IMG/VR virus record: IMGVR_UViG_3300021405_000007
Location: 44,107-108,106 of that record
Length of the DNA stretch: 64,000 bases
DNA from: a virus
Strand: one strand, 5' to 3'
The notes beneath the pieces were generated by a model. That model was not told the origin of the DNA. It did no database searches and worked only from the letters and a program-made list of their open reading frames with translations. Position numbers and translations under genes: made by a program. Positions 28,118 through 36,493 of this stretch are shown in pieces; within the stretch, counting starts at the first letter, position 1; each line of letters opens with the position of its first letter.

Positions 28118-28347
28118 TGGCACCTCGAGAAGCTTTTTGGATCGTTGCAGCTATTTGTATGACAATAGCCTATATAGCGATGAAATATAGTGATTGGAAA
28201 GTATCATATGATAGAGAAACTTTAGACTCTATAGAATGCCCGCCACTATCACATCAAAGACGTAAAGCAGGAAGAAAAGAAAAACAAGAAGCTTGGAAAG
28301 CTAAGAATAAAAAAAGCTCATGCCGATGCAAAGCCAAAAAAGGATAA
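28117..28347 (+). CDS. membrane-anchored basic protein
   Basis: N-terminal TM, Lys/Arg-rich tail. Confidence 0.55.
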   Translation: MAPREAFWIVAAICMTIAYIAMKYSDWKVSYDRETLDSIECPPLSHQRRKAGRKEKQEAWKAKNKKSSCRCKAKKG

Positions 28348-28350
28348 AGA

Positions 28351-28818
28351 GTGACCAATAAATCCAAGATCCTATTCCTTGATATCGACGGGGTTTTAAA
28401 TTCTGATGAAGATTGGGTTGAAACTCAGGTATTAGGTCATCCTTATAATAAGGGTTTTGATCACTTGAATAGAACCAAAATTGCTTTACTAGAGCTTTTA
28501 ATAAAAAATACCGATGCTAAGATTGTTCTTTCTTCAACATGGAGAAAATCCGTATCTTTAGATACTTTGCATCGAAAGTTAGTTGAAAGGGGTTCGACTC
28601 TTAAAAGAGAAGTTTTTATAGGTGTAACCGAGGAACTAGGTTTTTGTAGGGGTGATGAGATTCAAGCATATTTGGAAGAGTTTTCCCCAGAAACATATGC
28701 TATCGTAGATGATAACGACGATATGCTTGAGACTCAAGCTGAGCATTTTGTCCAAACAGATGGAACTAGAGGTCTATCTCTTGCAGATGTACGTTTACTG
28801 TCTCATATATTGAAATAA
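28351..28818 (+). CDS. HAD-superfamily hydrolase (Swiss-army-knife RNA-repair-like HAD)
   Basis: LFLDIDGVLN, IVLSSTWR, RG.EI, AIVDD, GL. Confidence 0.85.
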   Translation: MTNKSKILFLDIDGVLNSDEDWVETQVLGHPYNKGFDHLNRTKIALLELLIKNTDAKIVLSSTWRKSVSLDTLHRKLVERGSTLKREVFIGVTEELGFCRGDEIQAYLEEFSPETYAIVDDNDDMLETQAEHFVQTDGTRGLSLADVRLLSHILK

Positions 28819-28822
28819 TATT

Positions 28823-29230
28823 TTATAAGTACTGACCTCTTCGTCCAGTAAATGACCAAGAACCTATCCAAAAGCCCCTAGAATCAACACTTCCAGTACC
28901 AGCTCTAAACTTAACCCCAGAAATCTCATATTTTGGGGTATTGTCTGTATTATCATAAATAGTAACCAGCATCTCAGGTTGCAAAAGAATATCTGAAACA
29001 TTATCTGAATCTAGACCAAAATCAGCCAATGCTTGTTGGTTAGTCTTTAATACTCCTATGGTAACGCTAATTCGATGCCCATTTTCAGCATACTCAGCCA
29101 CTTCTAAATCATCGAGTTGTGGGATTTCTTCTAATTTATTTTCTTGAGTTACTTGAACATTTGTAGCCCAAAGAATGGGTTGGTGATCGATGGTTATAGT
29201 CGCTTTAGCACCAGTAAATACAGTACTCAT
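28823..29230 (-). CDS. tail tube paralog (second tube or tube-initiator protein)
   Basis: VFTGAKATITID...L..LE..E.AE.GH...I.D....G.KF..G.G...SR....G.W.FT aligns end to end with 13650..14090. Confidence 0.75.
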   Translation of the reverse strand: MSTVFTGAKATITIDHQPILWATNVQVTQENKLEEIPQLDDLEVAEYAENGHRISVTIGVLKTNQQALADFGLDSDNVSDILLQPEMLVTIYDNTDNTPKYEISGVKFRAGTGSVDSRGFWIGSWSFTGRRGQYL

Positions 29231-29232
29231 TT

Positions 29233-29394
29233 TTATCTCTTTTTAAAAAAATTAATAAAATCAAAAACTTGAAAAGTTGCACTAATTAAAAAACCTATCC
29301 ATAAAGGTGCGATCAAAAATAGTTGTGCATTTGAGAATAAAATTAATCCAAAACCAAATAAAAAAGCAAAAGCGCCACTCTCATATTTTTTCAT
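29233..29394 (-). CDS. 53-aa two-TM membrane protein (not in track)
   Basis: MKKYESGAFAFLFGFGLILF...; ATGA overlap with 29391..29840. Confidence 0.5.
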   Translation of the reverse strand: MKKYESGAFAFLFGFGLILFSNAQLFLIAPLWIGFLISATFQVFDFINFFKKR

Positions 29395-29840
29395 TTCTTA
29401 ACCTCGTATTTGGATTTTTCTCTAGACCAATCCCCAGTAGCATTACAAGATGTACAAAATGACCAAAGCATTTGACCGGTATCGGCCCACGTATGATTAC
29501 AAAATCTATTCCCGGGTTCAGCGTGCTCTATAGTAGGGAATCTCTCGTTGGGACTGATCAGCAATCTTCTGTAAGCTGAGAAACTTTGATTACTTATCGC
29601 TGCATGGGTATATTCATGATCTACTATGATATAGTTTTGGGTATCTATAGATAGTTGTTTTATTTTCCCGAATAGATCTTTATAATAAATCACTAACATA
29701 TCGAGTCCAACTGAAGGATCATATTCGATTCTAAGTTCATCGATAATAAAGTCTTCCCACATGGAATAACCATAAGGATTAGTTCTCAACCAGCGATAAT
29801 TCTCATTGATTTTCAGATCTATTAGATCACGAACCACCAT
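29391..29840 (-). CDS. hypothetical protein with C-terminal CxH...CxxC
   Basis: GGAGG RBS; FCNHTW...FCTSC. Confidence 0.6.
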   Translation of the reverse strand: MVVRDLIDLKINENYRWLRTNPYGYSMWEDFIIDELRIEYDPSVGLDMLVIYYKDLFGKIKQLSIDTQNYIIVDHEYTHAAISNQSFSAYRRLLISPNERFPTIEHAEPGNRFCNHTWADTGQMLWSFCTSCNATGDWSREKSKYEVKK

Positions 29841-29873
29841 AAAAGCCTCCCAGTAAGTTAACTTTACACTTAC

Positions 29874-29901
29874 TTATCGGGGTTTGCACTAAAAACCTTT
29901 A
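29874..29901 (-). promoter_or_regulatory. sigma-28-type promoter TAAAGGTT-N12-CCCGATAA
   Basis: near-consensus boxes, 1 nt longer spacer; upstream of ORF 29840. Confidence 0.65.
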
Positions 29902-29946
29902 GAATAAAACCTTTTATAAAAACACCTAGTTATCTTGTTTCTTAAG

Positions 29947-29955
29947 TGTTATAAT
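29947..29955 (+). promoter_or_regulatory. extended -10 box TGTTATAAT
   Basis: 52 nt upstream of chaperone ATG 30007. Confidence 0.55.
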
Positions 29956-30006
29956 TTTCTGAATACCTTCTGTATTCCAAAATCAAGATTCAAATTAGGA
30001 TATATC

Positions 30007-30387
30007 ATGGAAAACAATAACTTACCCTTTACACTTCCGCCTAAAGAACTACTTTTCAGCATCTCCACAAAAGGATCAATCACCGGCCGCGAATACACTG
30101 GTAATTTTATAATTATACCCCCCAGAGTCAAAGAGATGTCTAAAATTGGTTTAGAGTTAGGAATGTTGGGTGCTGGGGTAAAATTTGAAGATATGCCCTT
30201 TGAAACCAGAATCTTACATTACGCTATAGCTTATTTAAAGGTGCTGTTGGTTCAATCTCCAGAATGGTTCTCAAAAGAAATGGAATTTGGTTTAAACTCA
30301 TATGATCCTAATATAATTATCGAAATTTATAACTTAGCTAAAGAAAAAGTCGATAACTGGTATGATGCCTTGATGCCGAAAGCATAA
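30007..30387 (+). CDS. tail assembly chaperone
   Basis: G..TG.EY.G.F, IAYLKV.L...PEWF; upstream of the tape measure; start moved from 29935. Confidence 0.65.
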   Translation: MENNNLPFTLPPKELLFSISTKGSITGREYTGNFIIIPPRVKEMSKIGLELGMLGAGVKFEDMPFETRILHYAIAYLKVLLVQSPEWFSKEMEFGLNSYDPNIIIEIYNLAKEKVDNWYDALMPKA

Positions 30388-30393
30388 ACTTCC

Positions 30394-30768
30394 ATGGCTG
30401 ATAAAGATCCTTTTATAGCACTGAAGATGATAGCTTATAGTCGATCTCAACTTCCGCCTAGAGAAGAGGATAGAACTGCTGCTATATTTGTGGACTATGC
30501 TAGACATCAAATTTGTAAGATTAAGAACTTACTTTTCAATGATCCTAAGTGGGAATTGTACACTGCAGAAGAAATTTTAATAGAATTTTTTTGTCTAACA
30601 TTTGATGAAAACGAACAAGCAAGAGAAGCTTTTTTAGCTAAACTACGCGGTGTGGAAGCAGATGATATAAAATGGCTAGAATTGATGAAAACAAAATATG
30701 AAAATGATAAAAAAGAAGAAATAGAGAAAATAAGTAACGGTAAGCCAGAATTTGAGGATACTTTCTAG
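30394..30768 (+). CDS. tail assembly chaperone (second)
   Basis: NDPKW..YT.EEILIEF; immediately before the tape measure. Confidence 0.55.
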   Translation: MADKDPFIALKMIAYSRSQLPPREEDRTAAIFVDYARHQICKIKNLLFNDPKWELYTAEEILIEFFCLTFDENEQAREAFLAKLRGVEADDIKWLELMKTKYENDKKEEIEKISNGKPEFEDTF

Positions 30769-30770
30769 TC

Positions 30771-32798
30771 ATGGTACAAAAAACCATAAAATTCACAGGT
30801 ACGGGTGACTTTAGTCAACTTATTAGATCTTCTAAAGAAGTTACTGGAATACTTCAAAATAATCTCGGCAAAAGTGGTATTCAGATCTTTGATAAAGGTT
30901 CTATCAACTTTTTGACTCAATATTCTAAGAATATTTTTGGTCAAATGACTATTCAGATGCAAAAGTTGGTTGAGGAAGCTAAGGAGTTAGATTCCGTACT
31001 TCAAGATGGCGCCCTCTCTGAACAGAGACAAAACGCTGCCGTAGAAGCTAGGCTTGCCAACCTCAAGAAAATGTCTACTCTTCAAAGAGAGATGAAAGAA
31101 GTTGGTGGTAATGCAGGATTGGCTAATGGCCCGGGATTTGGTAGGCAGGCTACCGGTTTGGCTACTAGAGGTGCTGCAGGGGTTGCTAATGCTGCTGGCC
31201 TAGGCGCTCCAGTATCGATAGCAGCTGAGGGTTTTCATGCAGCATCAAATGCAGCTGAAGGTGGTGTTGGGGCAATGGGTGCACTAGGTTTGGGTGCTCT
31301 AGCCACAGCTGCAGCGGGTGCTGTTTTTGCAGTTAACCAAATGACTGCAGCATTCGAGGAGTTTTCTCGAGAAGTTCCCAACATGCTTACTGGCGCTGCA
31401 ATAGGAATTGGTACTGAACCCAGCCAAAGAGAACGAAATAGCTCATTAGAAATGGGATTTAATGTTCAGCAAACCATGTCACAAAGACTTGATCTAGCTA
31501 GAGCTTTTGGCACGCAACGTTCAAGCAGAGAACAAGAAAACATACTCATAAATACTCAAAGATCCGGAAGAGCATTAGGGGTTGATCCTAATGAAATTGC
31601 AGGTGCAGGCAATCAACTTCGATCCGTAGTAGGCCCTCAAGAATCTTTAAGAACGGTATCCCAAATTCTATCCAGAGCTTTAATGGATGGAATGGATAAA
31701 TCTCAAGCTACTCATTTTCTATCCACAAGTGTTAGTCTTTTAACTGAGTTAAATAAATCAGGTTTACAGAGTACAGCCTCTTTTGCAGCAGCCATGGGTG
31801 CCTTAACTAAAGGCAATATGATGTCACCAGAAATGGCTGCTCGAGGCCTGAGAGGTATTCAAGGGGCTATTACCGGAGCTCAAGGTGAAAGTGCTCAATT
31901 TTTTAGATTTGGTGCGGCTCGAGGCGGGATTGGAGGCACAAGTTTATTGGGCGCTGTTGCTGCTCAAGAACAGGGTTTAACAGGGATTAACCGAGAACAG
32001 TTTCTTAAAACAACCGGGAATAATAAACAAGCTCTGGGAATGTTGAACTCCATGGGTTTAGTGGATAATGGAGATTATACAAAACGCTATGCTCAAGGGA
32101 TTTTAGAGCAGATTAATGCTACTGGATTTAAAGAAAACACCGCAGGTAGAGCTAGGTTTGTTCAAGGTCAGTTTGGTCTTGGTACCATGCAAGAATCTTT
32201 TCAAGTTGAGAATATACTGAAGAAGCTTGCTTCTGGCACCAACTTGACCAAAGAAGAAAAAAGCAAAATGCAAGAATTGGGTAAAGATCCTGAATCTGTA
32301 GCCAGAGACAAAGCTACGACTGCATTGAATAATCTTGCTGGAGAAATCGCAAAAGTTGAAGCAAAACAATCCTTTACTAAATTTGATTTGGGCAAAGATT
32401 CTACTGATGCAATGCTCGCCTTAAAAGATGCATTAATTGAATTAGATCAGACGATCATTAGCATTTTCGGTGTAGTTAAGGATGTTAAGGGTGCAGTTTC
32501 AGCTTCCATGAACAATGGTGTATTGGGCGCTGTTTCAGATATGTTTAGCGGTAATGGAAGTGGTGCTGGAGCGGCAGCATATGGTACTTTAGGCTCAGAT
32601 ACGAGTGGTAGTTCAAAAGGTACCAAACCTGAGACAACCATGGAAAAATTATTCACGACCATGCTAAGCATTATTGGCCTCAATGCCGATCAAACAAGAA
32701 AAACCAATGAATTATTAGAAACAGGCAACAAAGATCGCAAACAAGGCATGAGTCAAAAGGTTCCCGCACAACCTCCAATGGTTGAAAGGAAAAAATAA
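30771..32798 (+). CDS. tail tape measure protein
   Basis: helical A/G/Q-rich protein with a glycine-rich hydrophobic segment, between chaperones and hub. Confidence 0.75.
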   Translation: MVQKTIKFTGTGDFSQLIRSSKEVTGILQNNLGKSGIQIFDKGSINFLTQYSKNIFGQMTIQMQKLVEEAKELDSVLQDGALSEQRQNAAVEARLANLKKMSTLQREMKEVGGNAGLANGPGFGRQATGLATRGAAGVANAAGLGAPVSIAAEGFHAASNAAEGGVGAMGALGLGALATAAAGAVFAVNQMTAAFEEFSREVPNMLTGAAIGIGTEPSQRERNSSLEMGFNVQQTMSQRLDLARAFGTQRSSREQENILINTQRSGRALGVDPNEIAGAGNQLRSVVGPQESLRTVSQILSRALMDGMDKSQATHFLSTSVSLLTELNKSGLQSTASFAAAMGALTKGNMMSPEMAARGLRGIQGAITGAQGESAQFFRFGAARGGIGGTSLLGAVAAQEQGLTGINREQFLKTTGNNKQALGMLNSMGLVDNGDYTKRYAQGILEQINATGFKENTAGRARFVQGQFGLGTMQESFQVENILKKLASGTNLTKEEKSKMQELGKDPESVARDKATTALNNLAGEIAKVEAKQSFTKFDLGKDSTDAMLALKDALIELDQTIISIFGVVKDVKGAVSASMNNGVLGAVSDMFSGNGSGAGAAAYGTLGSDTSGSSKGTKPETTMEKLFTTMLSIIGLNADQTRKTNELLETGNKDRKQGMSQKVPAQPPMVERKK

Positions 32799-34693
32799 TG
32801 CCTACTTTACCATCATTGCCTGGCGCAACCTCTGGTTCTACCTCCAATTCTGAGATACAAACTAGAATTGATCAATGTAAGATCATCTACTATCGTTGGA
32901 GTTTTCAAGTTGCAGATGACAACTCTACTTTCGGAGTTACTCTACCTGATTTGGGTTCTCTATCCGCCACGCAAGGCTTTGATATTTCTGAACATATTCT
33001 TGAATTTTCTTTTCAAAAAAGTTTAGATGAAGCAGCTGGATCATTTAGTTTGGTGCTATCTAATTCTATCGACTGGACAAAGTATCTTAAGGCTGGCGAG
33101 TGGATGCTTGCATACTTAAGTTCGGATGGGGATTTACCGCTTCCTTCTCAAGCTCAAACACCCTTATCAGGGGTTGTGGGCTCTTTAACAAATACCGGCG
33201 GCTCCGTTGCAAAACTTGGGTTGGGCGCAGCCTCTTCCATAGCGCCAGGATTAGTATCCAACCTCAATGATAAGCCACCTCTACCACCTTTAGGAATTGA
33301 TCTTACCCAGGTATCTGATAAACTTAGAGGATTATTATTAATTCAAAGAATTTCGGTCCAATCCTCTTTAGGAAACGATGGTGAACCTGATATCCGTTAT
33401 ATTGTCACTGGTAAAGATCTTGGTGTTTGCATGGAGGAAACTGACCTTTGGTTCAATTTTCTATTTCAAGAAGAGTCCAAATTTAGAACTGTGGTAGAAG
33501 ACTCATCCGGCTTGCAACAAATCCGTCAATTACACTCCTTCATGGATAAATGTTTTACTATATTTTTCAAACCTGAAGATATATTTAAAAACGGTAATTT
33601 AGCTCCCAACGATTTTCAATCAACTTTACAACAATGGCTTTTACCTAAGCAGATGTTAAAAGATGCCGGAATAGCTGTTGATGGAGACTCTTATTTTGGT
33701 CATATTAAGGCCATTAAAGAGTTTCATCCCACTCTGTTTCAGAATGTGATGACTAACCCTTTTGCGGGGTTAGAAGGTACCGCATGGGAAAAGCTCAAAA
33801 CTATTAGCCAACCTGAATATCATGAATTATTTCTTGAACTTGATGATAATGGTAGACCAAAGTTAGTTTTCAGACCTATACCTTGGGCTATTGATAAATC
33901 AAAGTACCCGAATATAGGCTCTTATGTAACTAATTACATTGATTTAGCTAACACAAATGCTTTATCTCCTGCATTTCAGCAAGTTGGGAATTTACTAAAC
34001 GCGGCAAGTTCCGCTATATCCGACCCCTTAAATGCTGCTAAAGGGGGATTGAGTAATATACTTGACTTTTCTCGCCAAGATTATGTTCAAGTTGATAGTG
34101 GAGATATATTTAGTTTTGATTTAGGTCCAGACTTTCATAATAGATACAATCACTTCTTAGTAACAGCTAATAATGAAGGGCCTAAGCAATCTACGTTGGT
34201 CTACTCTTCTTTGCAGAGCGACAAACTAGCTGACCAGCTACCTTTCAAAAATATAAACTCGATAAAACGTCATGGGTTAAGAAAAAGACATTTTAGTATA
34301 GCTGCTTTTTTAAGTGATAATAATGCTCCTCTTCAAGGAGGCCCTTTAACTGATACCCCCCAAAGAACTTTCCTAAAAGAAGCTAACGAAGTTATGAAGG
34401 ATTATTGGGGGTTTGCTGAAGACTTTAGTTCAGGTAGTTTTAACATAATTGGTTTAAACGATATAAAAATCGGTAAAGTTTTAGTCACCGATGATTCCGT
34501 AGATGGCGCCTCAAATATGGTATTCTACATCGAATCCTATACGGATTCTTTCTCTTTAACCGCTGAAGGTACTGGGGTGTGGCAACAAAATTTAGGAGTT
34601 AGTAGAGGTGTTTCTTTATCAGCCTTAAAAAATAAAGGCGGATTTAGTAAACGAACGGCTTTAACGAATGTGGGAACCTTCGTAAAAGGATAA
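32798..34693 (+). CDS. baseplate hub protein
   Basis: F.KSL...AGSFS..L, TGKD.G, HELF.E, L.FRP.PW, SIKRHGLR, IKIG, FYIE pattern. Confidence 0.7.
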   Translation: MPTLPSLPGATSGSTSNSEIQTRIDQCKIIYYRWSFQVADDNSTFGVTLPDLGSLSATQGFDISEHILEFSFQKSLDEAAGSFSLVLSNSIDWTKYLKAGEWMLAYLSSDGDLPLPSQAQTPLSGVVGSLTNTGGSVAKLGLGAASSIAPGLVSNLNDKPPLPPLGIDLTQVSDKLRGLLLIQRISVQSSLGNDGEPDIRYIVTGKDLGVCMEETDLWFNFLFQEESKFRTVVEDSSGLQQIRQLHSFMDKCFTIFFKPEDIFKNGNLAPNDFQSTLQQWLLPKQMLKDAGIAVDGDSYFGHIKAIKEFHPTLFQNVMTNPFAGLEGTAWEKLKTISQPEYHELFLELDDNGRPKLVFRPIPWAIDKSKYPNIGSYVTNYIDLANTNALSPAFQQVGNLLNAASSAISDPLNAAKGGLSNILDFSRQDYVQVDSGDIFSFDLGPDFHNRYNHFLVTANNEGPKQSTLVYSSLQSDKLADQLPFKNINSIKRHGLRKRHFSIAAFLSDNNAPLQGGPLTDTPQRTFLKEANEVMKDYWGFAEDFSSGSFNIIGLNDIKIGKVLVTDDSVDGASNMVFYIESYTDSFSLTAEGTGVWQQNLGVSRGVSLSALKNKGGFSKRTALTNVGTFVKG

Positions 34694-34696
34694 AAG

Positions 34697-35836
34697 ATGG
34701 CTTTCAGATCTGACATGTCTTATGATAGCGCCAATAACCCTACTCAGGATAACCGTTTTACGGTATTTGACCAAGGTATGTACATTGCTCAAATTGTTGA
34801 TAAGTTTTATACTGATAGTACCCAAAATAATACAACCAATGATAACGGGCCTCAAGTTCTTTATAAACTTAGGATTATAGGCGGCCGTAGAGACGGTCAA
34901 ATATTTGATAATGCAGTAGATATGCAGCTTTTCGGCGGAATCACCAACAATTCAGAACGTGGTTGGAAAAAGACTACTACTCTTGCAAGATTAGATCCAG
35001 CTAATATATTCAATCCAAATAGTGAACAGTTTCTTAATGGTGATGTGGTTTACATAATGTTCATCAATGGGGATATACATTATCCCGTGATCATTGGTGG
35101 GGCGAAGCATGCTAGTGACGTCACAGAAGGGGCTTCTGAGTCAGACGGCCCAGTTTTTCGTACCAGTTTTAATGGTATTTCTACTAATATTGATGAAGAT
35201 GGTGTTTTGACGTGGACAAAGGCAAAGGGTGAGTATTTTCCTTTTCCTACTACCAATTCAGATGGGCAATTATTATGGGATCAATTTGTTGCGTTGCCTG
35301 GATTCGATGAGGCTTTTAAATTAACTGTAGATAATGACTTAAGCTTAGCTTTATCAATAAATCCTACTCCCGGAACCAGCTTATCAATGGCCTTAGATGC
35401 TTCTCAAGACTCCATTTCTTTCGCCAATGTTACTGGAGCAAGTTTAACTTTAGATGGAATTTCAGATAGTTTTGAATATTCAAGTAAAGCGGGTGCAGCT
35501 TTATCAGTTAAAGGTGAGCAAGATGAAGTCTCTATAGAGACCTCCGCAGGTACCTCAGCAATTTTTAGTGGTTTAACCGGAGTCAAATTAAAAGATAGTG
35601 TGGGAGCAGAATTAAATTTAGCTAATGGTTTGGTAGCTTTGGGTAATGAATCAGCTGAACTTTTAGATTTATTTAACCAAATATTGCAACAACTCGAAAC
35701 TTTAACACAAGCTTTATCTACTGAGAGCCCAGCGGGTTTTGGTGCTCCACTGGTAAACGTCGCAACCTACATATCTGTTAATACTCAAATAACGGCGATC
35801 CAAACGTTGCTCCAAACAATAAAAGGCTCCTTGTAA
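34697..35836 (+). CDS. baseplate central spike (OB-fold plus beta-helix)
   Basis: GD.V...FING....PVIIG OB-fold motif followed by beta repeats. Confidence 0.65.
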   Translation: MAFRSDMSYDSANNPTQDNRFTVFDQGMYIAQIVDKFYTDSTQNNTTNDNGPQVLYKLRIIGGRRDGQIFDNAVDMQLFGGITNNSERGWKKTTTLARLDPANIFNPNSEQFLNGDVVYIMFINGDIHYPVIIGGAKHASDVTEGASESDGPVFRTSFNGISTNIDEDGVLTWTKAKGEYFPFPTTNSDGQLLWDQFVALPGFDEAFKLTVDNDLSLALSINPTPGTSLSMALDASQDSISFANVTGASLTLDGISDSFEYSSKAGAALSVKGEQDEVSIETSAGTSAIFSGLTGVKLKDSVGAELNLANGLVALGNESAELLDLFNQILQQLETLTQALSTESPAGFGAPLVNVATYISVNTQITAIQTLLQTIKGSL

Positions 35837-36423
35837 TGCTAGTAGCTTCAAGTTTAAATACTGCATTAGCTGCAGGGTTGGGAATAACCGCTACTCCATA
35901 CACTTTGGCGTATGCTGAAGGGATCATTGCTTCTCTTCAAGCGGCCACTTTTAGTCATGTTTTAGTTACAGGGATTGCTCCTCCTTCCGGCCCTTTAACC
36001 GCCGGGACAGCTGTGGGTGGTATTATGGTGATTACTCCCGGACCGATGGAAGCAATTACTTCAGTCCAATTTAGCACTTCTCCACATATATTAACTGAAA
36101 ATGCAGCAATAGTAACCTATGTAGGTACAGGATTAATTAATTTTGCTCCAGGCACTATAAATGGTGCTTGTGCAGCGGGCGCATTCGTTGGAAGCGGTAT
36201 AGGCGGTACTATTCTTGGTTTGACCGGTTCTGATGCTCTGGTGGCTGTGTCCACTGCTTTAGGTAGTGTGGGACCGCTTGGATTACCATTTTATAATGCC
36301 TTGATAACTTATATTTTAGCTAATGCCAACTGTTCTTACGCACCCGGAACTGTGGTCGGTGCCTACGCTTTTCCTGCAGGCGGCCCCATGACTGGCTCCG
36401 CTGCGGGAGGTACAATAGCTTAA
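35836..36423 (+). CDS. Gly/Ala-rich baseplate protein
   Basis: TAATG overlap with the spike gene. Confidence 0.5.
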   Translation: MLVASSLNTALAAGLGITATPYTLAYAEGIIASLQAATFSHVLVTGIAPPSGPLTAGTAVGGIMVITPGPMEAITSVQFSTSPHILTENAAIVTYVGTGLINFAPGTINGACAAGAFVGSGIGGTILGLTGSDALVAVSTALGSVGPLGLPFYNALITYILANANCSYAPGTVVGAYAFPAGGPMTGSAAGGTIA

Positions 36424-36445
36424 TATTACTTATTAATTTCAAAAA

Positions 36446-36454
36446 TGTTAAAAT
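36446..36454 (+). promoter_or_regulatory. extended -10 box TGTTAAAAT
   Basis: 40 nt upstream of 36494. Confidence 0.55.
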
Positions 36455-36493
36455 TATTCTGGAATTATATTCAAATAGAGATTTAAATTTACT

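Noticed and set aside
30360-30400. Programmed frameshift joining the two tail chaperones
   Set aside because: No XXXYYYZ slippery heptamer visible near the first stop, and the second ORF has its own ATG.
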